A stretch of 64,000 nt of DNA from the human T2T-CHM13v2.0 reference genome, Homo sapiens. The position numbers and the translations under genes are program-made. The DNA is taken from the NCBI RefSeq assembly GCF_009914755.1, contig NC_060937.1; one strand, 5' to 3'. The notes under the pieces were generated by a model that saw only the letters and a list, made by a program, of their open reading frames with translations, did not search any database and was not told the origin of the DNA. This document shows positions 60,696-64,000 of this stretch, piece by piece (position 1 is the stretch's first letter; every line of letters begins with the position of its first letter).

Positions 60696-63372
60696 TCTGT
60701 AAACCACATCAGTGATATGTTCTCCAGATGAATCCTGTCTTTTAGTAACAAATCAGAACCATGGATAGCAACACCAGTCGTCCCACCCCTTTTCCTTCCC
60801 TTCAAAATGATTTATTCTTTCAAAGGAGTAACTTCACCCCAATCTCTACTTTCCTGTCTTTAAAAAACCTGAAGGTATAAGTGAGGATTTAAGTGCCCCA
60901 GAGGGCTTAATCTTGAAAAATATTAGCGACTGTTACTTAAATCTATGTAACACCACATTTGGGAATGAGCACTATTTAAGGCAGACATCAATCAGTTATT
61001 CAATCAGGTTGATTAGCAAAAAATAAAAATTCCATTGTAAACCTCTTAGGGCAGAGAGATGAACTGCAAGTTTTGCTTGTTAATAATACCATTTAAAAGA
61101 GATCTGGGTCTTTGTTCAGGCCTTGTTTTGTGTGAGACACCCATGAAAAATTATTTGTAGTTTCAGCCTGTGCAGGGTTCAGTTGAGGTTCAGATTCAGG
61201 ATATTAAATTTATGGAATAGATTAAAGCCATGCTCTGCAGCCAGCATGGCTTTTAGTTTGCAGAATGAAACATGGGGGTGTAGAGAGAGGGATTTCAAAG
61301 CTCTGTATTCAGGCTGAGCTTATCTTTTTTCCTATGACCACTATGCTTTAAGAAGAGTTTAGAAAGTCGGCCAGTCATGAATGCTTGTCTATTAAACATA
61401 TGCTTCTGGGACAAAGACCACACAGAATGTGAGGATGCATACTATGACTTCTGCCCTCAAAATGCTTATATATTTTGGGGGGGATAAGACAAGTTGTATA
61501 TAAACAGTCACTGTTTTTCATCTTTGCACATGGCCATATTCTGAACAATAACAGTAAATATCAAGAGAATAATTCATCAGTGCTCTAATAGGACATTCAG
61601 AGGAGAGAGGAAACCTGTGGGCTGCTGGTACTGAGAGACATAATGAAGCAGATGGGATTAGAACTGGGTTTTTAAAAAAGAGTGGAATTTTGACAAGCAC
61701 ACATTAAGGATCCATCTCTGTGAAGGAAAATCGAGTACAATTGCCATTCACTGGACAGAGTTGTCCTCCCTGTAACACTGGCCACAAGCGTCCAAGCCAG
61801 GACAGCATTCTGAGAGCCTGATGGACTGAGAAAGGGAACTTTTCCCAGAGTAACCAAGGGCTAGGCTGTGTGAGGAGCAAGAATGAATTTTAGTAGGGAA
61901 TGAGAACCAGATATTAGTGCCAAGGGCAGGATCAAGACTCAGGACTGAGAGGGAGATCTAATTAGAAGGCAAATTAAGAAATGTGAAGCTAACATCAGAG
62001 GTAAGTCTGGAGTAAGGCACTTAGTGAGGAAGGATGAAGCAATTCTAGATATAGGCTGAGAACAAGGTGAGGATCTTAGAGGTCCACAGCTATAAGAAAC
62101 ATCTAAAATGGGATTGCGGCAGCCAGGAAAGATGTAAAGATATTATAAAATTAGACCCAGGATTTGCTATTTGAGGGGTTATCTGAAGGGAAAGAAGTAG
62201 AAAAAGTCGTTTCAAAGATTTGAGGCTCAGAAGAATGAAGACCCCCACTGATATGGAAGGCCACTGTGAGAACTCGATTGAGCATTTGATTTTGCTTATG
62301 TTGAATTTGGCATCCAGGCCAACATATAATTTAGTGGGGAGTATATGCTCAGTAGGGATTAATTCAGAGCTGGAACTCCCTGAATAGATCAGGAATGACA
62401 TCCAATATCCCTTATTTTTCTCAGGAATAAGTTAGTAATGATCAGAATATCTACTGGATTTCTCAATTGACATTCGTGGCCAAAGAGAGTAGCTAAGGTA
62501 AATAAAATTGATTCTAATACTTTTCTTAAAAAATTCCACCTGCAAAACGCTACCTTTATAGGAAAAATACTGCTCTGTGGGTTGAGAATTGTTAGAATGA
62601 CCTCTCCAAATCAGATGGCAAATCATGCTTTGCAAAGCTCATCATCACAGTGCTCCATCCATCATAGTGCTTTGGCCATACAGCTTCATTTACATTGAGA
62701 AACAAACAGAATTAGCGTCTGCGCCTCAGGAAAGTGCCATTGTGTATAAAAGTATTTTCTTTAAGTCAGATCAGGATAAAAGCTTTCTCTTTTCAATTCC
62801 CTACAGTACTGCTCCACTTTCTCATCCATTACCTCCTTCACATAGTAATATAAACACACACTTTACTGCTGCATGGAGAAATATTAATGCTAGAAACTTG
62901 GCATTTAAATAATACCTTTCTCCCAATAAGCCAAAAGCAGTTTATAAGGCACTATTCTATGAAATCATCACAGTGGGCCTGGAAATAAAATCAAGATCTT
63001 TGTCCCTCCAGAGACTATTTTCTCCACTAAACCCCACTGGCCAACTGCCAGCATCAGGGGAAAGAAATACAAGCACAAAAGAAAACCACTTACTTTGACT
63101 TGAGGGATTTGACTCTGGACCGTAGAGAGCTTGCACCATAGAAAGTGGGTAGCCAGAACTAATGGTGGGGTCTGACTGGTTTTCCAGTGTAATCCTTAAC
63201 CCCAAATACCACAGGAAGTGCTTAAACAAATATGCTACAAGTAGTTGGAATAAAAGAAAACCCCTCTTGCTTATATTGTTCTAACCCAGCTATTCCCTTC
63301 TGATTTTCAGAATACCCTAAAGCCTGAAGGAGAATTTCTATTAGTATATCATGTTTTTCATAACAAAGATGA

Positions 63373-63765
<393 letters not shown>

Positions 63766-64000
63766 TAAATTCCATTTTCTTAGTATAACAAAATGCCTAT
63801 TAATCAACAATTCATTCAATCATGTATTATCTACTCAGTACTACGTCACTCTTTCATAGCTGATTGTCTGTCTTTCAAATACCAACTTCCCATTCTCAGT
63901 GGTACAGTGGCCAGAAAGCATACTTTTTCCAATTATATCAGCCTCATGATCAGAACGATTAATGGAGTCTTCTGTGAGTATGCAAATAGATGTACAGATG

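Noticed and set aside
61224-61253. 11-bp inverted repeat with an 8-nt loop (also a 10-bp one at 23993-24020)
   Set aside because: Roughly chance-level in 64 kb, with no sign of displaced sequence.

Overview
Primate (human or great-ape-like) AT-rich euchromatic DNA, apparently intronic or intergenic. I cannot support any host protein-coding gene, and nearly all short ORFs in the track come from repeats. The window is dominated by transposable elements: a young full-length L1 (L1PA2/L1HS-like, minus strand, ~11.67-17.76 kb, both ORFs killed only by nonsense codons), a young twin-primed 5'-inverted L1 (~59.42-60.18 kb), older L1PA/L1M/HAL1 fragments, about 15 Alu elements, solo LTRs (MER41, MLT2, MST, MER4-group), DNA-transposon fossils (MER1B, MER33, MER63, MARNA), MIR and L2. 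The most notable observations are five. (1) A perfect 48-bp-arm hairpin inside an ancient L1MC copy, a candidate template-switch-born de novo miRNA. (2) Short 3'-transduced tags on both young L1s, layered in the full-length one. (3) An antisense ORF0 in the full-length L1 that is extended to 146 aa and has an in-frame candidate exon 300 bp downstream. (4) A MER41 LTR with intact tandem GAS/STAT1 sites. (5) Several small template-switch scars. Repeat subfamily names come from recalled consensus features, not from a RepeatMasker run.
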